In this document: in pieces, positions 9,281 to 22,950 of the stretch | How positions within the stretch are numbered: position 1 is the stretch's first letter | Layout: each line of letters starts with the position of its first letter | Origin: Vulcanimicrobiota bacterium | GTDB taxonomy: Bacteria; Vulcanimicrobiota; Vulcanimicrobiia; Vulcanimicrobiales; Vulcanimicrobiaceae | Length of the DNA stretch: 64,000 bases | Assembly (NCBI GenBank): GCA_963833095.1 | Contig: CAWHWQ010000001.1 | Span: 64,001-128,000, forward strand | Direction: 5' to 3' | Notes under the pieces: generated by a model | Databases searched by the model: none | The model's input: only the letters and a program-made list of their open reading frames with translations | Told to the model about the DNA's origin: nothing | Translations under genes and position numbers: made by a program

Positions 9281-9772
9281 ATGACCGTCGTTACTCAGCC
9301 CACAAGCGTTCTCGTGGTTGGTCCAGAAGCGTCGGTTCGCACCGCCATCGCGCGCCTGCTCTCTTTAGAGAGTAGCGTTCGCGTCGCCGGGACTGCGCCG
9401 AGCATGGCGCAAGCCACCGGTATCGATGCCGATGTGATCATCGACGAGACCCTCTTACACGAGCTCAAGGACGTTTCGATCGCCGACTTCATCACCATGG
9501 TGAAGGCCCTGCCACCGGCCGCCCCGTCTTTTGCGCCCCCTCGCCACCTTCACCCCCTTACCGGTAGCCGGGACATGCGCGCGGCCCTTTCGGACCGCGA
9601 ACTCCAGGTCGTGCGGCTGGTGGCCGAAGGGCTCTCGAACAAGCAAATCAGCATCCGGCTGGAGCTCTCGGATAAGACCGTCAAGAACCACATCTCGCAT
9701 ATCCTCGCCAAGCTGAACCTTTCAGCTCGCACGCAAGTAGCGGTGCACGCGTTGCGTGCCGGCTTGGTCTAA
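9281..9772 (+). CDS. LuxR-family regulator with truncated, degenerate receiver
   Basis: LSDRELQVVRLVAEGLSNKQI...TVKNHISHILAKL; short N-terminus lacks the DD pocket; start 9245 or 9281. Confidence 0.85.
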   Translation: MTVVTQPTSVLVVGPEASVRTAIARLLSLESSVRVAGTAPSMAQATGIDADVIIDETLLHELKDVSIADFITMVKALPPAAPSFAPPRHLHPLTGSRDMRAALSDRELQVVRLVAEGLSNKQISIRLELSDKTVKNHISHILAKLNLSARTQVAVHALRAGLV

Positions 9773-10252
9773 ACGTAGCGCGGCTCCGCGCGAGAAGTCG
9801 TAAACGAGGACGCCGTCGACCGGCGTCTTCGCTGCTGTTTGCACCGCCGAATGAATCCGCTGTAAGAGCGAAAGCCTCCGCCCGTCGCGCGGCAGCCGCC
9901 GAAACACAACGCCATACAGGCGGCCCCGCCGGTTGCGAACCACGATGTCGAAGGGCGCTGCGCGCAAACCGGCGGCAACGAGATCGACGCGGCGCAACGC
10001 GCGTAGCCGGGCCGCGAGTCGCCCGTCAACAAATGCACGCAACTCCCGCGCGATCCGATCGCGCTCGGAGAAAAGCAGCGCACGACGCACATTCCCGAGC
10101 CGGCTTGTAACCGCCGACTCGAAAACGACCAACGCCCGATCGACCAGCGTACGCGGTGTCATGCGCTGCTCGGCAAGGCAAGTCAGAATCGCGGCGCGCA
10201 TCGCGCGCTCAGCAAGGCGAGGAAGGCGTTCGGCGGCGAGCAGTGCGTCCAT
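9722..10252 (-). CDS. Hypothetical protein, possible degenerate PD-(D/E)XK fold
   Basis: PFDIVVRNRRGRLYGVVF strand pattern; Arg-rich. Confidence 0.45.
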   Translation of the reverse strand: MDALLAAERLPRLAERAMRAAILTCLAEQRMTPRTLVDRALVVFESAVTSRLGNVRRALLFSERDRIARELRAFVDGRLAARLRALRRVDLVAAGLRAAPFDIVVRNRRGRLYGVVFRRLPRDGRRLSLLQRIHSAVQTAAKTPVDGVLVYDFSRGAALRLDQAGTQRVHRYLRAS

Positions 10253-10317
10253 GTCCTTGGCATCGTGGGCTACCGCGATGCCAGGCGCATGGCACGATCG
10301 TGTCGGAACATGGCCTC

Positions 10318-13300
10318 ATGCAGCGAATCGACGGACGCTTCATCTACTCCGCGAGCGATCTGAATAATGCGCTCGAGTGCGAACATCTCACCGAGCTCGA
10401 AGCAATGGCAGCGCGGCACGAGCTCGAACGCCCGCAGGCGGGCGACACCGCGGCACTGCTCTCGCGCAAAGGCGACGAACACGAGGAACGCCAGCTCGAG
10501 CGATATCGCAAACAGTACGGCGACGCACTGGTCTCGTTTCCATCCCAGAGCGGACATACGCTGGCCGAGCTGGTTGCGGCACAAGGACGGACGGTTGAGG
10601 CGATGGATGCCGGAGCGCCGTTCATTTACCAGGCAGCATTCTTTGACGGCACCTTTCTCGGACGCACCGATTTCTTGCGGCGGGTCGAACGTCCGTGCGC
10701 CCGGTGGGCCTGGAGCTACGAGGTCATCGACGCAAAGCTTGCGCTCACGCCAAAGCCTTATTATCTCGTGCAGCTTGCTCACTACAGCGCGCACCTTACC
10801 GCCATCCAAGGCACCGCTCCGCAATCGATGCACGTCCTGCTCGGGAGCGGTGCGGAGCGCGCCTTTCGCGTCGACGATTTTGCCGCCTACGAACGCCACT
10901 TGCGGGCGCGGTTCCTTGCCAAGATGGCCGGCGGTTCGAACGTGACGTATCCGCTCGAGGTCGCGCACTGCGACATCTGCCGTTGGCACGATCGCTGCGC
11001 GCAGCAACGGCTCGCCGACGATCACTTGAGCCTCGTCGCGCGAATCCGGCGCGATCAGATCCGGCGGCTCGAGGGAGCCGGCACTACAAGCATGACGCAG
11101 CTCGCAAGCGGCGAGCGCCCCTTCGGCATGGACGAGCGAACGTTTGCGAATCTGCAGGGACAAGCGGCGTTGCAGGTCATCGGGCGTCGCGAACGTCGTA
11201 ACGCCTACGAATTGCTCGACGCCGAGGAGGGCACCGGCTTCGAATTGCTGCCGCCGCTCGATCCGGGCGACCTTTTCTTCGACATCGAAGGCGACCCGCT
11301 CTACGCTCCTGAGCGCGGGCTCGAGTACCTGTTCGGATTTTATTGTCCGAGTGACGAACGATATGTATCATTTTGGGCGCGTTCCGCCGCGGAGGAACGC
11401 ACCGCATTCGAGGCCGCAGTTGACTTTATGTTCGCGCGTCGCGAGCGCTATCCGCGGATGCACGTGTACCACTACGCCTCATACGAGACGAACGTGCTGC
11501 GCCGCCTGATGGGATTTTACGGAACTCGCGAGCGCGAACTCGATGATCTTCTGCGTGGCCAGACCTTTGTCGATCTTTTCGCCGTGGTACGGCAGACATT
11601 GCGCATCTCGCAGCCGAGCTATTCGCTCAAAAAGCTCGAGCCGTACTACGGTATGCAACGCGAAACCGGCGTGCGCCGCGGCGACGACTCTATCGTGATG
11701 TTCGAAACGTGGCTCGCCGACGGCGGCCAAGAGATTCTGGATGACATCGAGCGCTACAACGCCGATGACTGTCGTTCGACGCATCTCCTTCGCGAGTGGC
11801 TGCTCGAGCGACGTGCCGAGTATCAAGCGCGATGCCAGCGAACGTTGGCATGGCGCCAGACCGAACCCGCGCCGGCTCCGCAAGACCCCTCGCGCAGTGA
11901 GCTGGCCGCGCAGCTGCTCGATGCGATCGTCGCACCAAGTTCGCTACGCGAACTGCGCGCGAGTGACGAATCAACGCGCGCGCGGTGGCTGCTCGGGCAT
12001 TTGCTCGACTATCATGCGCGCGAAGCCAAGCCCATCTATTGGAAATATTACGATCGCCTCGAGAACGTCGATCGCTTGCTGGAATTCGACCACGAAGCCC
12101 TGGGTGGTCTCCGACTGCGCGATGACGTTCCACCGTACAAGGTTTCGCCTCGCGATCGAAACTTGGTGTATACGTACACGTTTCCCGACCAAATGCACAA
12201 CCTTGGCACGGACAAGCCGTACTGCCCGCATACGCAAGGCCCGGCGGGAAGCATCGTGTGGCTCGACGACGACCGGAACGAAGTACGGGTAAAGCTTCAC
12301 GGGTCGATTCGTCCCGACCGCCTACGCGCGCTTATCCCGGGCAAGCCGATTCAGACCAACGAGCAACGCGAGGCGCTCGCGCGCATCGCTCAAGCCTATC
12401 TGGAGGGCACGCTCGAGGGCGCGCACCCTGCAACGGTCTCGTTGCTCTTAGGCCGTCGGCCGCGCACACGAACGCCGCGCGAACGGATGCAACCCGAGGT
12501 CGTCGATGCTCGATCGATCGGTGCGCTGATCGCCGACCTCGACGACAGTCACCTCGCTGTTCAAGGACCGCCGGGCAGCGGGAAGAGCACGCTCGCCGCG
12601 GCCGTGATCGCCGAGTTGCTCGCGACGGGTAAGCGGGTCGGTATCGTCGCAGGCGGCCACAAAGCGATCCACAACCTCTTGCACAAAATCGAAGCCCATA
12701 CCGCGCAGATGGGACGCCGCTTTCGCGGACTGCAGAAGTATTCGAGCACAACCGAGGGGTCACAATATGCTTCCGAGGAGGCGGCGAGCTGGATCGAGGC
12801 AACGCCCGACAACGCTGCGTTTGACGGCGTCCACGACTTAGCAGCGGGCACGTCGTGGCTCTTCACCCGACCAGCGATGGCGGGGCGTTACGATTACCTG
12901 TTCATCGACGAGGCGGGACAAATGAGTCTTGCCGACGCCCTTGCGTGTTCGGTCGCGGCGCGAAACGTCGTCCTGCTGGGCGACCCTCTCCAACTCAAGA
13001 GCGTCTCGCAGGGTTCGCATCCGCCCGGAACCGATCTCTCGGTTCTGCAGCACCTCCTGGGTGCGCGCGAAACGATCGATCCGCGTGACGGCATCTTCCT
13101 CGATCGCTCGTACCGGATGGCGCCATCCATCTGCAGCTTCATCTCGCACGCGGTCTACGAAGATCGCTTACTCGCAGCTCCCTCCTGCGCGCGTAACCGC
13201 GTCGATGCGCCCGGATGGCTAGGCAGCGGCCTGCGCTTTCTTCGCATTACGCACGACGGCAATACGCGCTCGTCCGACCAAGAAGCGCGCGCGGTGGCCG

Positions 13301-13728
13301 AAGCGGCTCGCGAGCTGCTGCAGGGGACGGTTACGATCGGCGAGCGGGCGCCGCGTGCTTTAGAGGAGAGCGACCTGATCGTCGTTTCGCCGTACAATGC
13401 GCAGCGCAAGTTGATTCGCAAACGCCTCGAGGAGCAAGGGCTTTCCGAAATCCGCGTCGGCACGGTCGATAAGTTCCAGGGTCAAGAAGCGGCCGTCGTG
13501 CTGTATTCGATGGCGACCTCGAACGACGGCACGCTGCCGCGCGACCTAGAATTTCTCTTCGAGCGAAATCGCCTTAATGTGGCAATCTCGCGAGCCCAGT
13601 GCCTGAGCATCCTGGTGTGCTCGCCTGATCTGCTCTCGGTCCGCTGCTCGACGCCCGAGCAGATGGCCCTGGTAAACCTTTTGTGCGCCTTTGTTGAAGA
13701 AGCCTCGACCGCAGCCGCGGCCGCCTAG
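10318..13728 (+). CDS. TM0106-family RecB-like nuclease / RNase H-like / SF1 helicase fusion
   Basis: SASDL...C, GRTDFL...YEVIDAK, QLAHY, FFDIEGDP, YNADDC, QGPPGSGKS, IDEAGQ, TVDKFQGQE and RLNVAISRA motifs. Confidence 0.9.
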   Translation: MQRIDGRFIYSASDLNNALECEHLTELEAMAARHELERPQAGDTAALLSRKGDEHEERQLERYRKQYGDALVSFPSQSGHTLAELVAAQGRTVEAMDAGAPFIYQAAFFDGTFLGRTDFLRRVERPCARWAWSYEVIDAKLALTPKPYYLVQLAHYSAHLTAIQGTAPQSMHVLLGSGAERAFRVDDFAAYERHLRARFLAKMAGGSNVTYPLEVAHCDICRWHDRCAQQRLADDHLSLVARIRRDQIRRLEGAGTTSMTQLASGERPFGMDERTFANLQGQAALQVIGRRERRNAYELLDAEEGTGFELLPPLDPGDLFFDIEGDPLYAPERGLEYLFGFYCPSDERYVSFWARSAAEERTAFEAAVDFMFARRERYPRMHVYHYASYETNVLRRLMGFYGTRERELDDLLRGQTFVDLFAVVRQTLRISQPSYSLKKLEPYYGMQRETGVRRGDDSIVMFETWLADGGQEILDDIERYNADDCRSTHLLREWLLERRAEYQARCQRTLAWRQTEPAPAPQDPSRSELAAQLLDAIVAPSSLRELRASDESTRARWLLGHLLDYHAREAKPIYWKYYDRLENVDRLLEFDHEALGGLRLRDDVPPYKVSPRDRNLVYTYTFPDQMHNLGTDKPYCPHTQGPAGSIVWLDDDRNEVRVKLHGSIRPDRLRALIPGKPIQTNEQREALARIAQAYLEGTLEGAHPATVSLLLGRRPRTRTPRERMQPEVVDARSIGALIADLDDSHLAVQGPPGSGKSTLAAAVIAELLATGKRVGIVAGGHKAIHNLLHKIEAHTAQMGRRFRGLQKYSSTTEGSQYASEEAASWIEATPDNAAFDGVHDLAAGTSWLFTRPAMAGRYDYLFIDEAGQMSLADALACSVAARNVVLLGDPLQLKSVSQGSHPPGTDLSVLQHLLGARETIDPRDGIFLDRSYRMAPSICSFISHAVYEDRLLAAPSCARNRVDAPGWLGSGLRFLRITHDGNTRSSDQEARAVAEAARELLQGTVTIGERAPRALEESDLIVVSPYNAQRKLIRKRLEEQGLSEIRVGTVDKFQGQEAAVVLYSMATSNDGTLPRDLEFLFERNRLNVAISRAQCLSILVCSPDLLSVRCSTPEQMALVNLLCAFVEEASTAAAAA

Positions 13729-13748
13729 AGGAGAACCTCGCCCCGGCC

Positions 13749-14639
13749 TTGGAACTCGCAGGTATGCAACACCGGCCCAATTGGATCACCGGCATCGCGT
13801 TACTCGCGATTCACGTCGGCGCTCTCCTCGCGTTCTTTCCCGCGTTCTTTTCGTGGTCGGGGCTTATCGTCGCGATCGTCATTTCGAATCTCACCGGCGC
13901 CTTCGGCATCACGCTGTGCTACCATCGCACGCTGACGCACCGCGCGCTGCGAATGGTGCGGCCGCTCGAGTACGCGACGGCAATCATGGGTGCACTCGCC
14001 TTTCAGGGCGATCCGATCAACTGGGTTGCGACACATCGCATTCACCACGCGCACGCCGATCGTCGCGGCGACCCGCATAGCATCCGCCGCGGGCTGACCT
14101 GGGCCCACGTTACGTGGCTCTTCCGCACCAACGAAAATTTGCCCAGCGACGCGCAAGCTAAACGCTACACGCCCGACCTCTGGCCGGATCCGGTCTATCA
14201 AGCGTTGCGCTATCTCTATGTGCCGATGCAGATCGGCCTGGCGGTGCTCCTCTTCGTCCTCGGCGGCTGGTCGTGGGTTGTGTGGGGCATTTTCGTGCGC
14301 TTAGTGTTTACCTATCATGCCACCTGGCTCGTGAACTCAGCCGCGCACGCCTTCGGCTATCGCACCTATCGCACGCCGGATCGATCGGTCAACTCCTGGT
14401 TTGTCGCATTGGTTTCTTGGGGCGAAGGTTGGCACAACAACCACCACGCCTTCCCGTTCTCTGCGCGCCACGGTTTGAAGTGGTTTGAGATCGATTGCAC
14501 CTGGTGGGCGATCAAAGTAATGGCCGCGATGAAGCTGGTAGATAAAGTCCGTGTTCCGACGCGCGACATGCGTGAGCGTCTGGCCGGCGCCCAGAAAGAT
14601 CTGCAACGGCGCTACTTCCGCCGCATGACCCTGGAGTAA
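13749..14639 (+). CDS. Delta-9 fatty acid desaturase
   Basis: His boxes HRTLTH, HRIHH and HNNHH. Confidence 0.93.
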   Translation: MELAGMQHRPNWITGIALLAIHVGALLAFFPAFFSWSGLIVAIVISNLTGAFGITLCYHRTLTHRALRMVRPLEYATAIMGALAFQGDPINWVATHRIHHAHADRRGDPHSIRRGLTWAHVTWLFRTNENLPSDAQAKRYTPDLWPDPVYQALRYLYVPMQIGLAVLLFVLGGWSWVVWGIFVRLVFTYHATWLVNSAAHAFGYRTYRTPDRSVNSWFVALVSWGEGWHNNHHAFPFSARHGLKWFEIDCTWWAIKVMAAMKLVDKVRVPTRDMRERLAGAQKDLQRRYFRRMTLE

Positions 14640-15433
14640 TGACCGACGACGATCTCCGGCGTTACCAAACGCAAGGATTCATCGTTTTCCCGAACTTCAA
14701 ATCACCGCAAGAGGTCGTTGCGCTGCGCGAACGCGCCGCCGCAATCGTTGACGCGTTCGAACCCACCAGGGCCGCCTCGATCTTCTCGACAAAAAACGAT
14801 TCCGCGCGCAGCGACGCCTACTTCATGGAATCAGGCGAAGCAATTCGCGCCTTTTTCGAAGAGGACGGGCGCACGATCAATAAGATCGGCCACGCGATGC
14901 ACGATCTCGATCCTGTGTTTGACGCGTTTTCCCGCGGCGCGCGCTTAGCGCAGATCGCCGCGCGAGTCGGCTTGCGCGAACCGCTGATCTACCAGTCGAT
15001 GTACATTTTCAAGCAGCCGCACGTCGGCGGCGAAGTTGACTGGCATCAAGACGCCGCTTTCTTCGACACGGATCCACCCAGCGTTACCGCGTTTTGGTTT
15101 GCGCTGGAAGATGCGACGCGTGATAACGGCTGTATGTGGGTGCAGCCGGGCGGACATCGTTCGCCGCTACGTGCGCGCTTTGTGGCGAACGGCGCCGGCG
15201 CGCGTTTGCATTCGGTCGACCCGGCCCCGTGGCCGACCCTGAGCGAAGCGATTCCACTCGAGGTGCAGGCCGGCGCGCTCATCGTCTTCGACGGCCTTCT
15301 CCCGCACTACAGCGCGCCCAATCGTTCCGCGCATTCGCGCCACGCGTACACCCTGCATGCGGTCGACGGCGCGTCTGCCTACTCACCGGCCAACTGGCTG
15401 CAGCGTACGACGATTCCACCGCGCGGGTTCTAA
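14639..15433 (+). CDS. Phytanoyl-CoA dioxygenase (PhyH) family 2OG-Fe(II) oxygenase
   Basis: QSMYIFKQP, WHQD, NGC and LPHYSAPN motifs. Confidence 0.9.
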   Translation: MTDDDLRRYQTQGFIVFPNFKSPQEVVALRERAAAIVDAFEPTRAASIFSTKNDSARSDAYFMESGEAIRAFFEEDGRTINKIGHAMHDLDPVFDAFSRGARLAQIAARVGLREPLIYQSMYIFKQPHVGGEVDWHQDAAFFDTDPPSVTAFWFALEDATRDNGCMWVQPGGHRSPLRARFVANGAGARLHSVDPAPWPTLSEAIPLEVQAGALIVFDGLLPHYSAPNRSAHSRHAYTLHAVDGASAYSPANWLQRTTIPPRGF

Positions 15434-15474
15434 CCGATGGAATAGCCGGGGGAATCCGCCGATTATATAGGGGT

Positions 15475-15894
15475 ATGGCCGACATTATGCATCTGGTCAA
15501 AATTGCCGTTCCCCCCGAACGGGTCTACGAGGCGCTTACGACGCCCGAAGGGGTCCGCAGCTGGTGGACCCGTGACGCCGATCTCGATGCCGTCGCGGGC
15601 GGTACCGGCACGTTCCGGTTCCACGGCGGAAGCGACGTAACCGCGGTTACGGTGAAAGAACTCGAACCGCCGCTGCACGTGCTCTGGAAAACGGAATCAT
15701 CGTTTCGCCCCGAATGGGAAGGCACAACGATCGTCTTCGACTTGCGCGTGGACGGCGGGGGAACGGTGCTTTCGTTTGCCCACCGCGGATTTGAAACGGC
15801 CGACGAGCGGTATGCGATGACGACCACCGGCTGGGGCGTGTATCTGTCCAGCTTGCAACAATATCTCGAAACCGGCAGAGGGAACCCAGGATAA
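15475..15894 (+). CDS. SRPBCC/AHSA1 domain protein
   Basis: PPERVYEALTT..G..SWW, TVLSFAH and GWGVYLSSLQQYLETG motifs. Confidence 0.88.
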   Translation: MADIMHLVKIAVPPERVYEALTTPEGVRSWWTRDADLDAVAGGTGTFRFHGGSDVTAVTVKELEPPLHVLWKTESSFRPEWEGTTIVFDLRVDGGGTVLSFAHRGFETADERYAMTTTGWGVYLSSLQQYLETGRGNPG

Positions 15895-15922
15895 AAAAGA
15901 GACCCGATGATCACGCATCGGG
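15893..15922 (-). terminator. rpoC terminator (possibly bidirectional)
   Basis: Minus strand CCCGATG-CGTGAT-CATCGGG followed by TCTCTTTTTT. Confidence 0.7.
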
Positions 15923-15936
15923 CCTGTTGTTTCGTC

Positions 15937-15993
15937 GGTCCCTCGACTACGCTTATGAACGCTACGCGTTCAATTGCTACGCTCGGGATGACA
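15937..15993. repeat. REP-like structured element
   Basis: CTACGC three times at a 15-nt period (15947, 15962, 15977); inner TGAACG/CGTTCA stem; ends in GGGATGACA. Confidence 0.4.
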
Positions 15994-15999
15994 AGCGTA

Positions 16000-19800
<3,801 letters not shown>

Positions 19801-19950
19801 GTTGAGGAGAGCTCCTGGTACGAGTGCTATCCGGGTCGCCTACGCAGGGTACCGCATCTCACGTTGTCGTAAGGGGTCCCACCGTCGCTCCACCGGACCA
19901 ACCGAGCAGCCACCCTCGTCAGAGCGGTACCGGTCCAGGCACAGGCAGAT

Positions 19951-19979
19951 AGTATACCACTGCCAGGAACCCGACTCAA
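19951..19979 (-). promoter_or_regulatory. sigma70-like promoter of rpoC
   Basis: TTGAGT-N17-TATACT with extended -10 TG. Confidence 0.7.
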
Positions 19980-20001
19980 GGGTGGGGTAGTTGCGCTCGC
20001 G

Positions 20002-21267
20002 ATGCCGCCCGACGACACCCAAATGCGCGCCGCGCTACGGTCAATTTTCGACGCCGCGGTTGCCAGCGCCGACCCGCGAAAGGTCTTGGCTGCCCACCTC
20101 CCGCAGCCGCCCTCCGGCCGCGTTATCGTGGTGGGCGCGGGCAAGTCGGCGGCCCTCATGGCTGCAGCGCTCGAGGCTGCCTGGCCGCAGGTTCCGCTCG
20201 AGGGACTCGTTGTAACGCGCTACGGCCACGCGGTTCCGACCCATTCTATAGAAGTACTGGAAGCGGCCCACCCCGTTCCGGACGCTAACAGCGAGCGAGC
20301 GGCCGATCGCATCCTCGAGTGCGTGCGAGGACTGGGACCCGGCGATACCGTCATCGCCTTGATCTCCGGTGGCGGTTCGGCGCTGATGGCCAAGCCGGCC
20401 CCGGGTCTGACCTTGGCCGATAAGCAAGCAGTCTCGGAAGCGCTGCTTACCTCCGGCGCTACCATTACCGAAATGAACGCCGTCCGCAAGCACCTCTCGG
20501 CGATTAAGGGCGGCCGGCTTGCCCAGGCGGCAGCGCCTGCGCGGGTCATAACCCTCGCGATCAGCGACGTTCCCGGTGACGACCCCGCGACGATCGCGAG
20601 CGGGCCGACGCTCGCCGACCCGACGACCCTCCCCGAGGTGCGCGCAATCATCGAGCGCTACGGCATCAGCCTTCCGCAGGCCGTCCCGCCGTATCTCGAC
20701 CGCGCCGCGGAAACGCCAAAGCCAGGGCAGATCGCGCAGGACGTGCGCTTGATCGCAACGCCGGCCATGGCCCTGCGCGCGGCAGCCGCGAAGGCAAGCG
20801 AGCTCGGCTTCGCGCCCTTGGTTCTCGGCGAGCTCGAAGGCGAAAGCCGGGATCTGGGGATCGTGATGGCCGGCATTGCACGCAGCGTGCGCGCGCACTC
20901 GGTCCCGATCGCGCCGCCTGCGGTGCTCATTTCGGGCGGTGAAACCGTCGTGACCATCGGCAGTGGCCCGGCCGGCCGCGGTGGGCGCAACATGGAATTT
21001 CTTTTGAGTCTCGCGCTCTCGCTCGAAGGTGCGCCCGGAATGTGGGCTGTCGCCGCTGATACCGATGGGCGCGACGGTAGCGAAGATGCCGCGGGCGCAT
21101 TTGTCACGCCCAACACACTGCTTCGCGCGCGAAGCGCGCACGTCGACGCGAGCGACTTACTCAATCGACACGACAGTTATAGCTTTTTCGAAGCGATCGG
21201 GGATATCTTGGTCACCGGCCCGACACTCACCAACGTCAACGCGTTGCGCGCCGTCATTATCGCGTAA
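20002..21267 (+). CDS. Glycerate 2-kinase (TtuD/GckA, MOFRL family)
   Basis: GAGKS, HPVPD, ISGGGSAL, SDVPGDD, GGE..V, GRGGRN and TGPTLTNVN motifs. Confidence 0.92.
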   Translation: MPPDDTQMRAALRSIFDAAVASADPRKVLAAHLPQPPSGRVIVVGAGKSAALMAAALEAAWPQVPLEGLVVTRYGHAVPTHSIEVLEAAHPVPDANSERAADRILECVRGLGPGDTVIALISGGGSALMAKPAPGLTLADKQAVSEALLTSGATITEMNAVRKHLSAIKGGRLAQAAAPARVITLAISDVPGDDPATIASGPTLADPTTLPEVRAIIERYGISLPQAVPPYLDRAAETPKPGQIAQDVRLIATPAMALRAAAAKASELGFAPLVLGELEGESRDLGIVMAGIARSVRAHSVPIAPPAVLISGGETVVTIGSGPAGRGGRNMEFLLSLALSLEGAPGMWAVAADTDGRDGSEDAAGAFVTPNTLLRARSAHVDASDLLNRHDSYSFFEAIGDILVTGPTLTNVNALRAVIIA

Positions 21268-21315
21268 CGTTGGCCGAGGAGGCGCCTCCTGCGGTGGCTA
21301 ACCCACCAAACATAA

Positions 21316-22377
21316 ATGCCCGCGAAACGATCGACACCGGCCTCCGGGTCGGGTCTGGCCGCGGTAGCTGAACGCGCTGGTGTTTCACTCGCGACGGCTT
21401 CGCGCGTCCTGACCGGGAGCAGTCATCGTGTCTCGCGCGATTTGCGTGAGCGGGTCCTTCACGCTGCAGAAACCTTGGACTACGTCCCCAACGCTAGCGC
21501 CCGCAGTTTGAGTACCGGCATGCGCAAGATCGTCGGTGTGCTGCTCCACGACATGCTCGATTCGCAGAACTACGAGTACATTCGAGCACTCGAAGAGTCC
21601 GCCGACCGCGCCGGCTGGCTAATCATGCTCGCAAACGCGAGTCGCAACGTCGAAAAAGAGTTCCGCTACCTTCGCGAGTTTCGTGCCGAGCGCGTCGGCG
21701 CCATTGTCCTCGGTGGTTCGGGAATCGATGATGACGAGTACCGCGCGCGTCTGAACCGCGAGCTGGAAAGTTATGTCAAACATGGCGGACGCGTGGTTGT
21801 GGGCGCGCGGCACGGCTTGCCGTTCACGGAGTTCGTTCCGGACAACGTGGGTGGTGCGAAGGCCGCGATCGAACATTTGCTCGAGCGCGGACATCGCCGC
21901 ATTGGAATCATCACCGGACCCCGTGCGACTACCGGCACGACGGATCGGCTCCTCGGCGCAAAGAAGGCGTTAGAGGAACAGCGGCTCGCGTGGGATGAGT
22001 CGCTCGTCGTGGAAGGCGACTCACGACGCGCGAGCGGTGTTGCAGGATGCGAGCGCCTCCTCTCGCGTGCTCCCGACATCACTGCCATTTTCGCGATGAG
22101 CGACGATATGGCGTTTGGCGTTTACGAGGCGGCAAGCGCCCACGGCCTGCGGATTCCGATGGACCTTTCCGTTATCGGATACAACGATGTTGCGATGGCG
22201 CGCGTGCTCTCGCCGCCGCTAACGACTGTGAGCTATCCGACCGCCGAACTCGCCCGTGGAGCTGTCGAGGCCTGCGTCGGAGAGGTCGCGCTCGAGCGGA
22301 TGCACGTCGTTGTTCCAAGCGAGTTGATCGTTCGCAAGAGCGTCGGCGCTCCCCGCGTGATGTCCGGCGGCACCTAG
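21316..22377 (+). CDS. LacI-family transcriptional regulator
   Basis: VAERAGVSLATASRVL HTH; GHRRI; IPMDLSVIGYND; PPLTTV. Confidence 0.93.
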   Translation: MPAKRSTPASGSGLAAVAERAGVSLATASRVLTGSSHRVSRDLRERVLHAAETLDYVPNASARSLSTGMRKIVGVLLHDMLDSQNYEYIRALEESADRAGWLIMLANASRNVEKEFRYLREFRAERVGAIVLGGSGIDDDEYRARLNRELESYVKHGGRVVVGARHGLPFTEFVPDNVGGAKAAIEHLLERGHRRIGIITGPRATTGTTDRLLGAKKALEEQRLAWDESLVVEGDSRRASGVAGCERLLSRAPDITAIFAMSDDMAFGVYEAASAHGLRIPMDLSVIGYNDVAMARVLSPPLTTVSYPTAELARGAVEACVGEVALERMHVVVPSELIVRKSVGAPRVMSGGT

Positions 22378-22416
22378 CGTTCGAACGACCATCGGCACGG
22401 GTATAAGGTCCCCGTT

Positions 22417-22950
22417 ATGGCTATCATCGGAATTATCGGCGCAGACGATCGAGCGGTCGCTATCGGCAAAATGCTGAAGCATGGCGGCAACGTCGTCTGC
22501 TTCAGCGACCTTGACGACGACCGCACATCACAATCAGCAGCAGAGGTCCTCGGCGAGGGAACGTTTGCTACTACACCACATCAACAAGCAGTAACTTGCG
22601 ACACGCTGTTCCTAACCATTCACTGGCAAGACCTCGAGCGAGCGCTCGTCGAACTGGGCACGTATAAAGACGGCATCGTGGTTGATGCCACGCGGCCTCC
22701 GGATCTCGGGCAGCTCAGCGGTGCAGAGCTGCTCGCGCACAAGCTCGACAACCCGCACGTCGTCAAGGGCTTCGTCGAGCCGCTTGACGGCGACGAAAGC
22801 GAGTTCATTCGCATTGCCTCGGATGATCCGGCGGCGCGCGCCGAGGTCGGGGAACTTATCGCGCACTGCGGACGCAGCGCACTCGACGTGGGACCGCTTG
22901 CGAACGCCCGCACAATCGAACGCGCGGTCGCCGAACACCTTTCACGGTAA
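22417..22950 (+). CDS. NADPH-dependent F420 reductase-like protein (degenerate Rossmann motif)
   Basis: IVVDAT, SGAELLA, HVVKGF and DVGPLANARTIE; GxGxxG replaced by GADDRA. Confidence 0.6.
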   Translation: MAIIGIIGADDRAVAIGKMLKHGGNVVCFSDLDDDRTSQSAAEVLGEGTFATTPHQQAVTCDTLFLTIHWQDLERALVELGTYKDGIVVDATRPPDLGQLSGAELLAHKLDNPHVVKGFVEPLDGDESEFIRIASDDPAARAEVGELIAHCGRSALDVGPLANARTIERAVAEHLSR

